64,000 bases of DNA from Deltaproteobacteria bacterium (GCA_034670305.1 JAXMNT010000009.1:140953-204952), one strand, 5' to 3'; numbered from the stretch's first letter, positions 24,649 to 36,520 are shown. The notes: generated by a model from the sequence alone, not told the origin. Numbers and translations are program-made.

Positions 24649-25371
24649 CTAAGCCTCGTGGACCAAGGTGCCGACGTCTTCGCCGAGCACGACCCGTTTG
24701 ATGTTGCCGCGCTGATGAAGCGCGAACACCCGGATCGGGAGCTTGTTGTCACGGCAGAGCGTGACGGCCGTCGAATCCATCACCTGGACCCGGTCGACCA
24801 GGAATCGATCGTAGGCGAGGCGCCGGTACATGACCGCGTCGTCGTGTTCGACGGGGTCTTTGTCGTAGATGCCTTCGACCTTGGTGGCCTTGCAGAGACA
24901 CTCGGCGCCGATCTCCATCGCTCGGAGCGCGGCCGCGGTGTCGGTCGAGAAGAACGGGTTGCCGGTGCCCGCCACGAAGATGACGATGCGTCCCTTCTCG
25001 AGGTGCCGAATGGCTTTGCGGCGGATGTACGGCTCGGCGACTTGGCGGATTTCGAGTGCGCTCACGAGCCGCGTCTGGACCCCGAGTTTCTCGAGCGCGT
25101 CCTGGAGCGCGATGCCGTTGATGACCGTCGCGAGCATGCCCATGTGGTCGGCCGCGGTGCGGTCCATGCCCACCGCGTTGCCCTTGAGGCCGCGGAAGAT
25201 GTTTCCGCCCCCGATGACGATTCCGAGCTGGCACCCGAGCGCGTGAACTTCGCCGATCTCCGCTGCGATTTCGCGGAGGGTTTCGGGGCGAATGCCAAAC
25301 CCCCCGATTTCGCCGCAGAGGGCTTCACCGGAGAGTTTCAGCATCACGCGCTTGAGCGCCAGTTCGGCCAT
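24649..25371 (-). CDS. pyrH: UMP kinase
   Basis: [30 protein letters not shown] and VMDSTA motifs. Confidence 0.98.
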   Translation of the reverse strand: MAELALKRVMLKLSGEALCGEIGGFGIRPETLREIAAEIGEVHALGCQLGIVIGGGNIFRGLKGNAVGMDRTAADHMGMLATVINGIALQDALEKLGVQTRLVSALEIRQVAEPYIRRKAIRHLEKGRIVIFVAGTGNPFFSTDTAAALRAMEIGAECLCKATKVEGIYDKDPVEHDDAVMYRRLAYDRFLVDRVQVMDSTAVTLCRDNKLPIRVFALHQRGNIKRVVLGEDVGTLVHEA

Positions 25372-25373
25372 CC

Positions 25374-26351
25374 TCAGGCTTGCTTCAGCGTTTCGGCGAC
25401 GTCGGCCGCGAGGTCGACCTTCTTCTTCTCGATGCCCTCGCCAAGCTCGTAGCGAACGAAGCGGCGGATCGAGACCTTCTCACCGATCTTGGCGCTCAAC
25501 TCGTCGGACACGACGGCGACCGTCTTCTTGTCTTCCGACATGATGAACTCTTGGTCGAGGAGCACGACGCCCTTCTTCCACTTGGCGAGCTTGCCTTCGA
25601 TGATGCCGGCGATGGCCTTGGCGGGCTTGCTCTTGCCCGTCTCCTTGGCTTCTTCGTCGAGCTGGCCCTGGAAGATGCGCTTTTGCTTTTCGATCGCCTC
25701 GTCGGTGATCTCTTCGCCGCGCACGTACTCGGGCTTCTCGGCCGCGATGTGCATGCCGACCTCTTCGACGAACTGCTGGAACTCTTCGTTGCGTGCCACG
25801 AAGTCGGTCTGGCAGTTCACTTCGACGATCACCCCCACGCGGTTGCCCGGGTGGATGTAGGCGTGGACCCAGCCTTCGGCGGCGATGGCGCCGGCCTTCT
25901 TGGCGACCTTCGCGAGGCCCTTGGCCTGGATGAGCTCGAGCGCCGCTTCTTCGTCGCCGCCGGCCTCCTGGAGTGCCTTCTTGCAGTCCATCATGCCAGC
26001 GCCGGTGCGGTCGCGGAGCGCCTTCACCATCTTCGCGTCGATCTTGCCGGCCGGCTTCGCCGCCTTCTTGTCCGACTTCGCGCCCTTGGCGCCCTTGTCG
26101 GCGGCCCACTTGCGAACTTCCGTGCGGAACCACTCGTCCGCTTCGTCCGTCCACTTCAGCTTGTCGCGGATGTACGCCACGGTGTCTTTTTCGACGTCCG
26201 TGTAGGTGTCGCCATCCTTGACGAGCTTGAAGAGCATCGCTGCGTCGTCTTTGCTGATCCGTCCATCGCCCTTGCCGGCGACGGCCTTCTCGGCTGCGTC
26301 GATCAGCTCGCCGTCGTACTTCTTGCCTTCGATCTGCTTGTAGTAGCCCAT
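25374..26351 (-). CDS. tsf: Elongation factor Ts (short type) fused to an extra N-terminal domain
   Basis: [34 protein letters not shown] and [12 protein letters not shown] motifs; AGGA RBS before MGYYKQ; located between rpsB and pyrH. Confidence 0.93.
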   Translation of the reverse strand: MGYYKQIEGKKYDGELIDAAEKAVAGKGDGRISKDDAAMLFKLVKDGDTYTDVEKDTVAYIRDKLKWTDEADEWFRTEVRKWAADKGAKGAKSDKKAAKPAGKIDAKMVKALRDRTGAGMMDCKKALQEAGGDEEAALELIQAKGLAKVAKKAGAIAAEGWVHAYIHPGNRVGVIVEVNCQTDFVARNEEFQQFVEEVGMHIAAEKPEYVRGEEITDEAIEKQKRIFQGQLDEEAKETGKSKPAKAIAGIIEGKLAKWKKGVVLLDQEFIMSEDKKTVAVVSDELSAKIGEKVSIRRFVRYELGEGIEKKKVDLAADVAETLKQA

Positions 26352-26391
26352 CGTGTTTCCTGAGTCTGGAGTTGGGTTGAGAGGCGAGGGG

Positions 26392-27255
26392 CTAGCGGCG
26401 ACCGCCGCCACCGCCGCCGGGGCGACGCTTGCCACGCTGGAACTCGACGGCGACGCCGTCGGCCGAGGACGCGGGCTGACCCGAGCCGACCATCTCGCGA
26501 CGGCGCTGGTGGCCTTCGATGCATGCATCGGCGAGGCGCGACGTGACGAGCTTGATCGAGCGGATGGCGTCGTCGTTGCCCGGGATGATGAAGTCGACGA
26601 GATCCGGATCGCAGTTCGTGTCGGTGAGCGCGACGATCGGGATGTGGAGCTTGCGGCCCTCGCGGACGGCGATGTGCTCGTGGTTCGGGTCGATCACGAA
26701 GAGCGCCGACGGCAGCGCGTTCATGAGCTTGATGCCGCCGAGGAACTTGTGGAGCTTCGACTGGTCGCGGCGAAGGGAGAGGCCCTCCTTCTTCGGAAGC
26801 GAGTCGAGCGTGCCGTCCTCGTCCTGGCGCTCGAGGTCGCGCAGACGCTCGATGCCGCCCTTGACGGTGCGGAAGTTCGTCAGCGTGCCACCGAGCCAGC
26901 GGCCGGTGACGTAGAACTGGCTCGCGCGGGTCGCTTCTTCGTAGACGACGTCGGCGGCCTGGCGCTTGGTGCCGACGAAGAGCACGTGGCCACCGCGGGC
27001 GACCGCGTCCGACACGAACTGGAACGCCTTCTTGAAGAGCTGGGCGGTCTGGTCGAGGTCGATGATGTGGATGCCGCTCCGCGCGCCGTAGATGTACGGG
27101 CGCATCTTCGGGTTCCAGCGCTTGGTCTGGTGGCCGAAGTGCACGCCGGCGTCGATGAGGGGCTTGAGGCCGATGGGCAGGTCGCCCGAGGCGACGTCGG
27201 GGCTGCCGAGCGCCGCAAGTTCGGGCGCTTCCTGGATATCGTGGGTCTGGGTCAT
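26392..27255 (-). CDS. rpsB: 30S ribosomal protein S2
   Basis: [32 protein letters not shown] and PGNDDAIRS motifs; GGAGG RBS. Confidence 0.98.
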   Translation of the reverse strand: MTQTHDIQEAPELAALGSPDVASGDLPIGLKPLIDAGVHFGHQTKRWNPKMRPYIYGARSGIHIIDLDQTAQLFKKAFQFVSDAVARGGHVLFVGTKRQAADVVYEEATRASQFYVTGRWLGGTLTNFRTVKGGIERLRDLERQDEDGTLDSLPKKEGLSLRRDQSKLHKFLGGIKLMNALPSALFVIDPNHEHIAVREGRKLHIPIVALTDTNCDPDLVDFIIPGNDDAIRSIKLVTSRLADACIEGHQRRREMVGSGQPASSADGVAVEFQRGKRRPGGGGGGRR

Positions 27256-27539
27256 GTTTGCCTCCGGTTGTTCCGCCATCCCCTCCGCTTCGAGGACCCT
27301 TGCGGGCACCGGCTCGAGCGTTCCAAAAACGAGGAGATGTGAGTGATTTCGGCGCCCTCGGAAGGAAGGAACCGGCTCCGTGAGGAGCGGCCGCTCTTTA
27401 CCCCAGGGGGATGGGGTGGGCAAGCGGCGGCGTGCGCTCTCCAGGGTGGCCTGGCTTGGGGCGTCGGGTCGTCGGGCTGGGTCCCCCGCCGAACACGGGG
27501 TTGCTGGCGCCGACCACGGGGTGGGCGTAGAGGGGGGCC

Positions 27540-28841
27540 ATGCCCACCCTCCACCTCGATCGCCCACTGGAGCGCGCCATTCTTCAGGGACATCCCTGGA
27601 TCTACGAGGACGCGCTCAAGCCGTCGCGCGTCGCCGCCGGCGCCGTCGTGACCGTGCGCGACCGGCGGGATCGATTCCTGGCGCGGGGCATCCGCGAGGG
27701 CGGGCCCATCGGCGTCCGGGTCTGGTCCCTCGACGGCCAGGAGACCATCGACCAGGCCCTGGTGGAACGCCGGGTGCGGCAGTCGATCGAACGGCGCGAA
27801 GGTCAGGTGGGCGACTCCGACGCGTACCGCCTGGTGCACGGCGAAGGGGATCAGCTCCCGGGCATCGTCGTGGACCGCTACGGCCCGTACGCGGTCGTCC
27901 GCCTGGAGGGCGCGGTCGCGGAGTGTGGTTTCGTGCTGGACGGATTGCGCATGGCGCTGCGCGACCATCGCGGCGTGCTCCTTCGTCGGGGACGGAAACA
28001 CGATGTGCAGTCGGAGGTGTTCTGCGGTCAGGCGCCGCCCAAGGATCTCGTGGTGCGCGAACACGGCATGCGCCTGTGTGTGAACGTCTGGAAAGGGCAG
28101 AAGACCGGTCTCTTTCTCGACCACCGCGAGTCGCGCCGCCGGGTGCGTGAGTTGGTCGCCTCGATGCGTGCCCCGCGCGTTCTGAACCTCTACGGCTACA
28201 CCGGCGGGTTCAGCGTCGCGGCCGGACTGGGTGGGGCATCGACCGTGACGACGGTCGACATCGCGGCGCCGGCGATCGCGCTCGCCAACGCGAGCTGGGC
28301 GGAGAACGGACTCGACACGCCGCACGAAGGACTCGCTTCGGACGTGCCGAAGTTCCTTCAAACGGACGATCGGGTGTGGGACCTCATCGTCGCGGACCCA
28401 CCGAGTTTCGCACCGAGCCGCAAAGCGCTTCCGAACGCGCTTGCCGCATACCGCAAACTTCACGCCGCATGTTTCGCCGCGCTGCGCGAGGGCGGGACCT
28501 ACGTCGCGGCGTCGTGCTCCAGCCATGTCGATCACGCGATGTTCGAGCAGGGCCTGCGGGATGCGGCGTCGGACGCTCGGGTGCAGGTCGAAGATCTCGA
28601 GCGCTGGGATGGCGCGCCGGATCATCCGCGGCTCCCCGCGTTCCCAGAGGGCGACTACCTGTCCGTGATCCGTTGTCGCCGCGGGCGGACCCTGGGTGCG
28701 AAGAAGCCCGGCACCCCACCGAAGCGCGCAGCCGACTCGAAGCCGAAACGCAGCGACTCGCCGAAACGCGGCGCGGGGTCCAACAAGGGATCCCAGAAAC
28801 CGAAGTCGGGCCGGAAGGGTGGGAAGGCTGGCAAGGGGTGA
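27540..28841 (+). CDS. RlmI-like SAM-dependent rRNA methyltransferase (PUA-like + MTase) with a basic C-terminal tail
   Basis: [46 protein letters not shown] and SCS motifs. Confidence 0.9.
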   Translation: MPTLHLDRPLERAILQGHPWIYEDALKPSRVAAGAVVTVRDRRDRFLARGIREGGPIGVRVWSLDGQETIDQALVERRVRQSIERREGQVGDSDAYRLVHGEGDQLPGIVVDRYGPYAVVRLEGAVAECGFVLDGLRMALRDHRGVLLRRGRKHDVQSEVFCGQAPPKDLVVREHGMRLCVNVWKGQKTGLFLDHRESRRRVRELVASMRAPRVLNLYGYTGGFSVAAGLGGASTVTTVDIAAPAIALANASWAENGLDTPHEGLASDVPKFLQTDDRVWDLIVADPPSFAPSRKALPNALAAYRKLHAACFAALREGGTYVAASCSSHVDHAMFEQGLRDAASDARVQVEDLERWDGAPDHPRLPAFPEGDYLSVIRCRRGRTLGAKKPGTPPKRAADSKPKRSDSPKRGAGSNKGSQKPKSGRKGGKAGKG

Positions 28842-29437
28842 GTCGAACCCCCGGACCGCCCTACGTCGATCCGCTCGACCTCGTCTGGACCGCGACCGCG
28901 CGCCGCTTCGGTCTGATGATCGTCCGATCCGACGAAGTCTTCGCGTCCACCGACGGTGCGGGCACCTTGACCTTGGGCACACCCGAGACGCTCGACCCCG
29001 ACGACTGCCTCGCGCAGATGGTGTTGCACGAGCTGTGTCATTGGCTCGTGCAAGGCACGAATGCGGCGGGTGAGGCCGATTGGGGACTCGACAACGACAG
29101 CGTGCGCGACGTGCATCGAGAACATGCCTGTCTGAGAACCCAGGCCGCGCTCCTCGAGCCCCTGGGCCTCCGAGCCGTGCTTGGTCCGACGACTGATTTT
29201 CGCAGTTATTACGACGCGCTTCCCAGCCGCCCGCTCGACGAATCGACCGAAGAAGACCCGTCGGTTCCGATGGCCCGAGAGGCGATGCGACGCGCGGGCC
29301 AGCCCGAGTGGATGCCATTGCACGAGGCGCTCGACGCCACCCGCCGCATGGCACAGATAGTTCAAAGATACATCCCCGCAGGAACCGCCGAAACGCTCTG
29401 GGCCAGACTCGTTTGCGCGATCGAAGAGCCGTCCTGA
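28838..29437 (+). CDS. Hypothetical HExxH protein with an EpmC/YfcM-like motif
   Basis: GTG start overlaps the upstream stop (GTGA); LHELCHWLVQG...DWG motif. Confidence 0.7.
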   Translation: MSRTPGPPYVDPLDLVWTATARRFGLMIVRSDEVFASTDGAGTLTLGTPETLDPDDCLAQMVLHELCHWLVQGTNAAGEADWGLDNDSVRDVHREHACLRTQAALLEPLGLRAVLGPTTDFRSYYDALPSRPLDESTEEDPSVPMAREAMRRAGQPEWMPLHEALDATRRMAQIVQRYIPAGTAETLWARLVCAIEEPS

Positions 29438-29524
29438 AGCCGGGACCCATCCGATGTTCGTTTGGCCTCGAAGGCACCCTGGATCGGCGTGCACTTATCG
29501 AAGTACGGGCGTAGACTCGCCTGC

Positions 29525-30619
29525 ATGGGGGAAGTGGACTTCAGCGGAAAGGCGGACCGCGCTTCGCAGTCCTCGGTGCGTCCTCGACGCGACCGCCGCA
29601 GCTCCATCACGATCAGTCAGCAGGCCTACGACCATCTGCTTCGTCGTCCGCTGGACCCGAGCTTGCTCGACGGTGCGACGAACGCCCTGGAGAACGCGCT
29701 TGGTCTGAAGGGCGGAGAGAGACTCGTTCTCATCGTCGAGACCGGTTCGGAAGCGATCGGCACCGCGTTCGTGCGTGGGTGCGAGACACTCGCGCTTCAG
29801 ACGCGCACCTACGTGGTCGGCTTCAAGGAGTCCGAGTCCGATGGGTTCCGCGCCCGCTTGTACGAACAACTCGACGGCGCCGACGCGAGCATCCTGATCG
29901 GCACCGTCGGCGGGTTGTCTCCGGAGTTCAGGCGCGAAGTCTGCACCCGGCCGGGCCGGCGGCGCCATGCGCACATGGTGGGCGTGACCGTCGAGATGAT
30001 GCGCCAGTCCATGCGGGCCGACTGGGTGGATGTGCATCGACTCGGCGAGCAACTCAAACGCCATTTGTTGAACGTCCAGACGATCGAGATCACCTCCGGT
30101 CCGCTCGACGTGCTCCGGGTTCAGACCGATCCACGGTGCCGCTGGCACAACGGAAGTGGCCTGTTGCGCAAACCGGGCTTCGCCAACTTGCCTGGGGGTG
30201 AGGTGGCGACCTCGCCCGGCATCGTCTCCGGGAGCTTTCGCGCCGACGGCGGTGCCTTCCTGCCCGACGGAAGTGTCTTGCGCACGCCGCTTCGTCTCGT
30301 GTTCGAGCGCGGGGTGCTCGTCGATGTCGAAGGCCATGGGCGGGAGCGGGTGCTTGACGCCGTCGACGCCGATCTCGACGGCCGCCGCATCGGCCAGATC
30401 GCATTCGGCACCAACACCAACGTGCTCACGCCGATCGGCGCGATGCTGCAAGACCTCAAGATGCCGGGCTGTCACTTGGTGCTCGGCTACACGTGCCCGG
30501 AGCTCACCGGCGCGACCTGGACGAGCACCGTGATGGTTCCGCTGGTCTGCCGCCGGCCCGACGTCGTCGCGGACGGCGAGCCCCTGATGGTCCGCGGCCG
30601 CTACACCCGCTTGCTCTGA
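29525..30619 (+). CDS. Peptidase M29 (thermophilic aminopeptidase)-like protein with degenerate metal ligands
   Basis: NLPGGEV, RRIGQIAFGTN and DLKMPGCHLVLG motifs. Confidence 0.75.
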   Translation: MGEVDFSGKADRASQSSVRPRRDRRSSITISQQAYDHLLRRPLDPSLLDGATNALENALGLKGGERLVLIVETGSEAIGTAFVRGCETLALQTRTYVVGFKESESDGFRARLYEQLDGADASILIGTVGGLSPEFRREVCTRPGRRRHAHMVGVTVEMMRQSMRADWVDVHRLGEQLKRHLLNVQTIEITSGPLDVLRVQTDPRCRWHNGSGLLRKPGFANLPGGEVATSPGIVSGSFRADGGAFLPDGSVLRTPLRLVFERGVLVDVEGHGRERVLDAVDADLDGRRIGQIAFGTNTNVLTPIGAMLQDLKMPGCHLVLGYTCPELTGATWTSTVMVPLVCRRPDVVADGEPLMVRGRYTRLL

Positions 30620-30621
30620 CC

Positions 30622-31134
30622 ATGTGGAGCCAGCTGGAAGCAGCGCTGCTCGCACAGGGCTGGAAGAGCGACACGCCCCAGCCGCCCGCCGTGGCCAGTG
30701 CGGCGCTCGAACGAGCCGACGGATGTCGGTTGGTGATTGAACAGCGCCCCAGCGGCTCCGCCGCGTTCGCCTTCTGGCTGTGGGTGCTCGAAGGCCGACA
30801 AGCGCGTGCGTTCGGACTCCCGCTGACGGACGCGAACTGGGATGCGGTCGTCGCCGAGCTTCGAGCGCACCAGGACGCCGTGACCACCGGCAACTACTTC
30901 ACCGCGTACCTCGCGCTCCAGAAGGTCTGCGAAGTCTCCATCATGGCCTGGGAGCAGTTCGAAGGTGGCCCACCGTTCGGTTCCGGAGCCAGCACTGCGA
31001 CTCCCAGAAGCACTGCGACTCCCGAGGCCAGCCCCGCGACTCCCGAGGCCAGCACGGCGACTCCCGAGGCCAGCACTGCGACCAGCGGTTGGGGCAACCC
31101 TGAGCGATCGGACCCGGGCAAGAAGGGCTGGTAG
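30622..31134 (+). CDS. Hypothetical protein with C-terminal 21-bp (STATPEA) tandem repeats
   Basis: ATG 2 nt after the upstream stop; repeats at about 30990-31082. Confidence 0.6.
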   Translation: MWSQLEAALLAQGWKSDTPQPPAVASAALERADGCRLVIEQRPSGSAAFAFWLWVLEGRQARAFGLPLTDANWDAVVAELRAHQDAVTTGNYFTAYLALQKVCEVSIMAWEQFEGGPPFGSGASTATPRSTATPEASPATPEASTATPEASTATSGWGNPERSDPGKKGW

Positions 31135-31250
31135 GACCCGGCATCGCCAGGCGGGTTTCCCGGTCGGGTTTCGAAGTCGGGTTTTCGAAGTCGGGGACCC
31201 GGCGGGACTCGTAAGCGACAGCCGCGACCTTTCGGTGAGAAGCTGAGGGC

Positions 31251-32741
31251 ATGCTTCGTTGCAGCGCCCTCCTCTTCGTTCTCTGTGGGTCCACCATCGC
31301 TTCGGCGGATGATCTTCACGTCGCCCCCGGTGGCAGCGGGGACGGCACCCTCGCGTCCCCGTTCGGTTCCGTCGCCGACGGACTCGCCGCCGCGGTCGAT
31401 GGCGACCGCGTGCTCCTGCACGAAGGCGACTACGGGGACGTGACGGTGTCCGGCGAGTTCGGTGCCGACACCTTCGTCGAACCGTACGAAGACGACGCGC
31501 CGCGCCTGCGCACCTTGCTCGTGCAGAACGCACGCAACGTCGTCGTGCGCGGACTCTCGATCAGCCTTTCGCACGCAGAGACGTACGCGTCGGACACGAT
31601 GGTGACGGTGCGCGGGTCGTCGAACGTGACGATCGAAGACAACGACATCTTCTCGGTCGACGACGCCACGACCGCGGGCTGGAGCGCGACCGATTGGGCC
31701 GACCTGCCGGGCACCGGCATCAGTCTGCGCACCGGCGACGTGACCTTGCGCAACAACCGTGTGCGCAACGTCGGCTACGGCATCTCGGTCGCGCACGACG
31801 CGCCGAACGCGCACGTGGTGTCGAACCTGGTGGAGAACTTCTCCCGCGACGGATTGCGGGGCATCGGCGACTACGGCGTCTTCGAATTCAATACCGTGAA
31901 GAACGCATACGACGTCGACGACCACCACGACGACTTCTTCCAGTCGTGGTCCGTCGGCGAAGACGGCGCGCCCGGCACCGGCGTCGTGCGTGGCGTCGTC
32001 CTGCGCGGCAACCTCTTCATCAACTTCGACGATCCCGACCAACCCTTCGCCGGCGCAGCGCAAGGCATCGGCTGCTTCGACGGGTTCTTCGAGGACTGGG
32101 TGGTCGAGAACAACGTCGTCATCGTGAACCACTGGCACGGCATCACCTTCCTCGGCGCGCGCAACATGCGCATCGTCAACAACACCGTGCTCGACAACCG
32201 CCGCGGCGAACGACCCGGTCCGCCCTGGATCATGGTCTCGAGCCACAAAGACGGAACCCGCAGCGAAGACATCGTCATCCGCAACAACCTCGCGGAGACC
32301 ATCACCCTCGAGGACTCGGACCGCGCCGTGGAAGACCACAACATGGGCTTCGACGATCCCGCCGCGGTGTTCGTCGATCCCGCCGGCTTCGACCTGCATC
32401 TGTTGCCGGGCGTCGCTGCCATCGACTCCGGAAGCGCCGAGATGGCGCCCGGCTTCGACCGCGACAACGTGCCGCGACCGCAAGGCGACGGGCACGACAT
32501 CGGCGCCTACGAATGGCATGACGGAACGGTGGTGACCCCCGACGGCGGCGCGCCGATCGACGCAGGACCACGGCCTGACGCGGCGCTCGGGCCGGACGCC
32601 GGCGCCGAGCGCGACGGCGGCGTGGGAGCCGATGCGGGCACCGGGCCAGGCGATGGCGGTTGCGGCTGCCGCACCACCACCGCCGACCCCCACGCCGCGT
32701 GGCTCCTGCTCGGCCTGTTCTGGTTCAGACGCCGCCAGTAG
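31251..32741 (+). CDS. Secreted right-handed parallel beta-helix protein with a MYXO-CTERM anchor
   Basis: Signal peptide; GDGTLASPF; Asn-ladder repeats ([18 protein letters not shown]); DIGAYE; C-terminal GGCGC...[12 protein letters not shown]. Confidence 0.88.
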   Translation: MLRCSALLFVLCGSTIASADDLHVAPGGSGDGTLASPFGSVADGLAAAVDGDRVLLHEGDYGDVTVSGEFGADTFVEPYEDDAPRLRTLLVQNARNVVVRGLSISLSHAETYASDTMVTVRGSSNVTIEDNDIFSVDDATTAGWSATDWADLPGTGISLRTGDVTLRNNRVRNVGYGISVAHDAPNAHVVSNLVENFSRDGLRGIGDYGVFEFNTVKNAYDVDDHHDDFFQSWSVGEDGAPGTGVVRGVVLRGNLFINFDDPDQPFAGAAQGIGCFDGFFEDWVVENNVVIVNHWHGITFLGARNMRIVNNTVLDNRRGERPGPPWIMVSSHKDGTRSEDIVIRNNLAETITLEDSDRAVEDHNMGFDDPAAVFVDPAGFDLHLLPGVAAIDSGSAEMAPGFDRDNVPRPQGDGHDIGAYEWHDGTVVTPDGGAPIDAGPRPDAALGPDAGAERDGGVGADAGTGPGDGGCGCRTTTADPHAAWLLLGLFWFRRRQ

Positions 32742-32744
32742 AGC

Positions 32745-32950
<206 letters not shown>

Positions 32951-33028
32951 TGTTGCTTACGCAACCACTTCCATAAGCAACCGCCCGCTTTGTTGCCGCG
33001 CCGGCGCCGCGGACGCTACGCAGGAACC

Positions 33029-33985
33029 ATGCGTGGGTCGATCGCAGCTGCATTGGTGTGTCTGACGTGGTTCGCCGTCGTCGCGCGGGCGGACGAACCT
33101 GTCGCGGCGGAGCCACCCGCGCCGGAGCCCTCGGTGTCGCCGGCCGACCCGAGCCCGTGTCTGCGGCCGCCCGTGAACATTCGGCGGCGGCACATCGAAG
33201 ACGCCATCCGGATCGCGCTCACCACCTGCGACGGCGCACCGAACTTGGCGGTGCTCGACGAGCTGAGCGCCCTCGCGCGTCCGCGCACGACGCCGCGCCC
33301 CACCCGCGAGGCGATGGAAGCCTACCGTGAGGCGCATCCCGACCACACGAGCTGGCTCGTGCAGGGCAGCCGGCGACTTCACGAGGGGCTGCTGGTGCGC
33401 TTGCAAGCGTTGGCGGATCGGTGGCCAGATCGGGGCATCGAGATCAACTCCGGCTACCGGCCGAACGCGCGGCGCGGGAGCCGCCATCGGACGGGGCGGG
33501 CGCTCGATCTCTCGGTCGATGGAGTGCACCGAGAAGAGGTGGCGGCCTTCGCGCGTTCGTTCGCCGACACCGGCGTCGGCTACTACCCGCGCAGCACCTT
33601 CACCCACATCGACGTGCGCGACGCGTCCTACCACTGGGTGGATCGCAGCGGGCCGGGCGAGCCGCCCGACTACGGCCCGTGGCCCGCGAGCGATGCGGAA
33701 CAGGACGAGACCCGCAACGTGGTGCTCGCCAGCATCGACGCGGCGCTCGCAGACCTGGCCGACTCACCGTTCGCGACCGACGCACCTGCGCCGAGCCCGG
33801 CGTCCAGCGAATCGACGCCCGCCCCGGATGCCGCGTACACCCGCGCGGTTCGAGACGAAGCGCTGGCGGCGATCGAACGGGCGGCGCGCGCGCCGGTTCA
33901 GGTTCGTCCTCCGCCGACGCCCGCGCCGGTCACGTACACCCAGGTGCACGAAGACACCCCGCCCAGCTGGGACCCGCCGTGGTGA
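33029..33985 (+). CDS. Secreted peptidase M15 / DUF882 (YcbK/MepK-like) protein
   Basis: Signal peptide; INSGYRP...SRH..GRALD and GVGYYP...THIDVR motifs. Confidence 0.82.
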   Translation: MRGSIAAALVCLTWFAVVARADEPVAAEPPAPEPSVSPADPSPCLRPPVNIRRRHIEDAIRIALTTCDGAPNLAVLDELSALARPRTTPRPTREAMEAYREAHPDHTSWLVQGSRRLHEGLLVRLQALADRWPDRGIEINSGYRPNARRGSRHRTGRALDLSVDGVHREEVAAFARSFADTGVGYYPRSTFTHIDVRDASYHWVDRSGPGEPPDYGPWPASDAEQDETRNVVLASIDAALADLADSPFATDAPAPSPASSESTPAPDAAYTRAVRDEALAAIERAARAPVQVRPPPTPAPVTYTQVHEDTPPSWDPPW

Positions 33986-34029
33986 TGGGGTAGGGGCGGG
34001 TTGCGTCAGAATGTGAGTGGCTGAGCTGC

Positions 34030-34350
34030 TCGTCTGTCGCTGTGGCTGGTTCTGTCGCTGTCGCTGGTTCTGTCGCTGTCGCTGGTTCTGTCGCTGTCGC
34101 TGTCGCTGGTTCTGTCGCTGTCGCTGTGGCTGGTTCTGTCGCTGTCGCTGTTGTCCCCTGAAGCCGAAACCGATCGCCGAGGCCGAATCCGATCCCCGAC
34201 GCCCCGATCCGAGAGTCCGGGCCGAAGCCGAAGCCGATGCCGAAGCCGACGCCCGACGCCGAAGCCGATGCCGAAGCCGAAGCCGAAGCCGATGCCGATG
34301 CCGAGGCCGATGCCGATGCCGATGCCGATGCCGATGCCGATGCCGAGGCC
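34030..34350. repeat. Intergenic hexamer tracts (TGTCGC/TGGTTC, then GCCGAN)
   Basis: Directly visible tandem hexamers between convergent genes. Confidence 0.9.
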
Positions 34351-34452
34351 GACTCCCGCAGCTTCCGCGCCCCTTCCCGGTTGGCTGGCCCGTGGGTTGT
34401 TCGACCGTAGCGGTCTGGCGCCGCGTAAAGGAGGCCTTTCGCTTCCAAGCCC

Positions 34453-36459
34453 CTACGGCCGGCTGACGGCGACTTCGAGGCTGTAGGCGCCTTCGTTGCC
34501 GGTGCGGAATCCGTCGACGACGACGAAGTAGGTGCCGGGGTCGAGGGTCTGCTCGATGCGGGAGTGGCGGTTGTCGCCTTCGTCGTCGTTGCACGCGACC
34601 TCGGTGGTCTGGTCGGTGCAATCGCGCCGCAGATGCAGGGCGCCGTCGTAGTCGCTCGACATGTCGATGCGCACGCGGGAGCGGCGCGTGATGCGGAGCC
34701 GGTAGAGCACGTCGTTGCTGCCGGCGTTGCCAGCGCAGCTCGCCTGGAAGTCGTCGCTGCCGCCGCTCGTGTTGCCGTTGACGGTGCGGCCGGGCCGGAG
34801 GAGCGGCGCGGTGCGGCAGGCGCGTTCGAGTGCCTGCAGGTCGGTGACCTGCACGTTGACGGTGGCGGAGCCGAACGTGTCGGGGCGCGCGCCGTCGAAC
34901 ACGAGGTTGTAGCGACCGGCGGGCAAGGTCGCGGTCATCGTCGTCTCGTTCTGCCCCGCCGCGGCGCCTTCGATGGCGGTGCACTGGACTTCGGTGTTCG
35001 CCTGACCGCAGGTGCGCTGGAAGTACATGGCGCCCGCGAACTCGGACTCGCGTACTTTCACTTCGACCTGCGAGCGGTTCGCGAGCGTCATCGCGTAGAC
35101 GACGTCGGCGCCGCCCTGACCACCGCAGGATCCGCTCAGGTCGTCTGCGGCTTCGAACGTGTCGATGACGATGTCTTGCCCAGGCGTGAGGTTGGCGACG
35201 TTGCCGCAGGAGTCTCCGGTCGCGGTGCCGCCGGCTGGGGACGCGAGGTCGGCGGTCAGCGAGAAGTTGCCGGTCACCGCCTGCTGCGCGGTGTAGCCGT
35301 CGGAGTAGATGAAGTAGCGGCCGGGATCCACGACGGAGGTCACGAGGCTTCGGCGGGTGTCGACGAAGTCGTCGTTGCACGCGATCTCGGTCGTCGCGTC
35401 GTCGCATTGGGTGCGCACGTAGAGCACGCCGTCGTGGTCGCTGTTCTGGCGCACCCGGAGCCGACTGCGCTGCGGCACATCGAGCGCGTAGACGCGATCG
35501 GGAGAACGCGCGCCGCCCGCGCACGTCGCCTGGAAGTAGTCTGCGGCGCCCTGGGTGGTGTTCTGGACCTGCTGCCCAACGACCAGGTTGGTCGCTCCCT
35601 GGCACATCTGGGCCACGGTCTGCAGCGGCGTCGTGCTCACCATCAACTCGTAGGCACCGGCAGCGTCGCCATAGCCGTCGACGACCAAGTAGTAGGTGCC
35701 CGGGTCCAAGGTCAGATCGAGGCGCGAGTGTTCTGTGTCGCCTGCGTCGTCGTTGCAGTCGACCATGGTCGAGACCTGGCCGCACTCACGCAGGACGTAG
35801 AGCGCGCCGTCGTAGCTCGAGGACAGAGAGAAAGAGATCTGTGCGCGCTGCTCGACGTTGAGCCGGTAGACGCGTTCGGGGGCGTTGCCGGTCGCGCAGG
35901 GTCCGGTCGTGACCGAGGGCGCGCCGGTGGTGTCGCCTGTGACCGGCTGACCCATCGTGATCTCGTACGGCTCGCCGCAGCTGCCCGCGCCTCCAGAAGC
36001 CACCATCATCCGGTTGTTGCCAGTTGAGGGCAGTACGCCGCGGGGTGCGCCCGACCAGCTCGAGACCAAGAACCCGCCGGAGCCTTCGGTCATCGTGACG
36101 ATGAGCTGGTAGTCGCCGGTGCGCTCTGGACAGACCTGGGCGGCCGCCTGGCGATCGTGGGTGACGTCGCGGCCGACTTCGAGGTCGCCCTCTCCGACGA
36201 TGCGAATGTCGAGGTCGCGGACCCCGCTGTCTCCGAGCCCGATGAAGGTGTAACAATCGCCGCCACGCAGCGCGAGGTCGAGCCGCGCATCGGCGCCTTC
36301 CGGCAGCGAGCCCTGGCTGATCGGCCCGGTCTGCGCCAACCCCATGGCGCTCATGGCGTTGTGCACGGCCACGAACCTCGGCTCCATCTGGGTGGTTCCA
36401 CCGCAGGAGCTCGCGAGAACGAGGGCGATGGGGAGGGCGAGGTAAGAGCGGGCGTGCAT
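34453..36459 (-). CDS. Lipoprotein with multiple PPC (pre-peptidase C-terminal)-like domains
   Basis: Lipobox ASSC; repeated YDGALY...CNDD...S.L...LDPGTYYLVVDG motifs; AGGA RBS. Confidence 0.82.
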   Translation of the reverse strand: MHARSYLALPIALVLASSCGGTTQMEPRFVAVHNAMSAMGLAQTGPISQGSLPEGADARLDLALRGGDCYTFIGLGDSGVRDLDIRIVGEGDLEVGRDVTHDRQAAAQVCPERTGDYQLIVTMTEGSGGFLVSSWSGAPRGVLPSTGNNRMMVASGGAGSCGEPYEITMGQPVTGDTTGAPSVTTGPCATGNAPERVYRLNVEQRAQISFSLSSSYDGALYVLRECGQVSTMVDCNDDAGDTEHSRLDLTLDPGTYYLVVDGYGDAAGAYELMVSTTPLQTVAQMCQGATNLVVGQQVQNTTQGAADYFQATCAGGARSPDRVYALDVPQRSRLRVRQNSDHDGVLYVRTQCDDATTEIACNDDFVDTRRSLVTSVVDPGRYFIYSDGYTAQQAVTGNFSLTADLASPAGGTATGDSCGNVANLTPGQDIVIDTFEAADDLSGSCGGQGGADVVYAMTLANRSQVEVKVRESEFAGAMYFQRTCGQANTEVQCTAIEGAAAGQNETTMTATLPAGRYNLVFDGARPDTFGSATVNVQVTDLQALERACRTAPLLRPGRTVNGNTSGGSDDFQASCAGNAGSNDVLYRLRITRRSRVRIDMSSDYDGALHLRRDCTDQTTEVACNDDEGDNRHSRIEQTLDPGTYFVVVDGFRTGNEGAYSLEVAVSRP

Positions 36460-36520
36460 GGAGTTCCTTGGACAGCGAAGGGCGCGATTGCTTGGGCGCG
36501 ATGCGGCTGCAGCGGTGGTG

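Noticed and set aside
27256-27350. Possible rpsB autoregulatory leader RNA
   Set aside because: Plausible from its position, but I could not match a defined structure or consensus by eye
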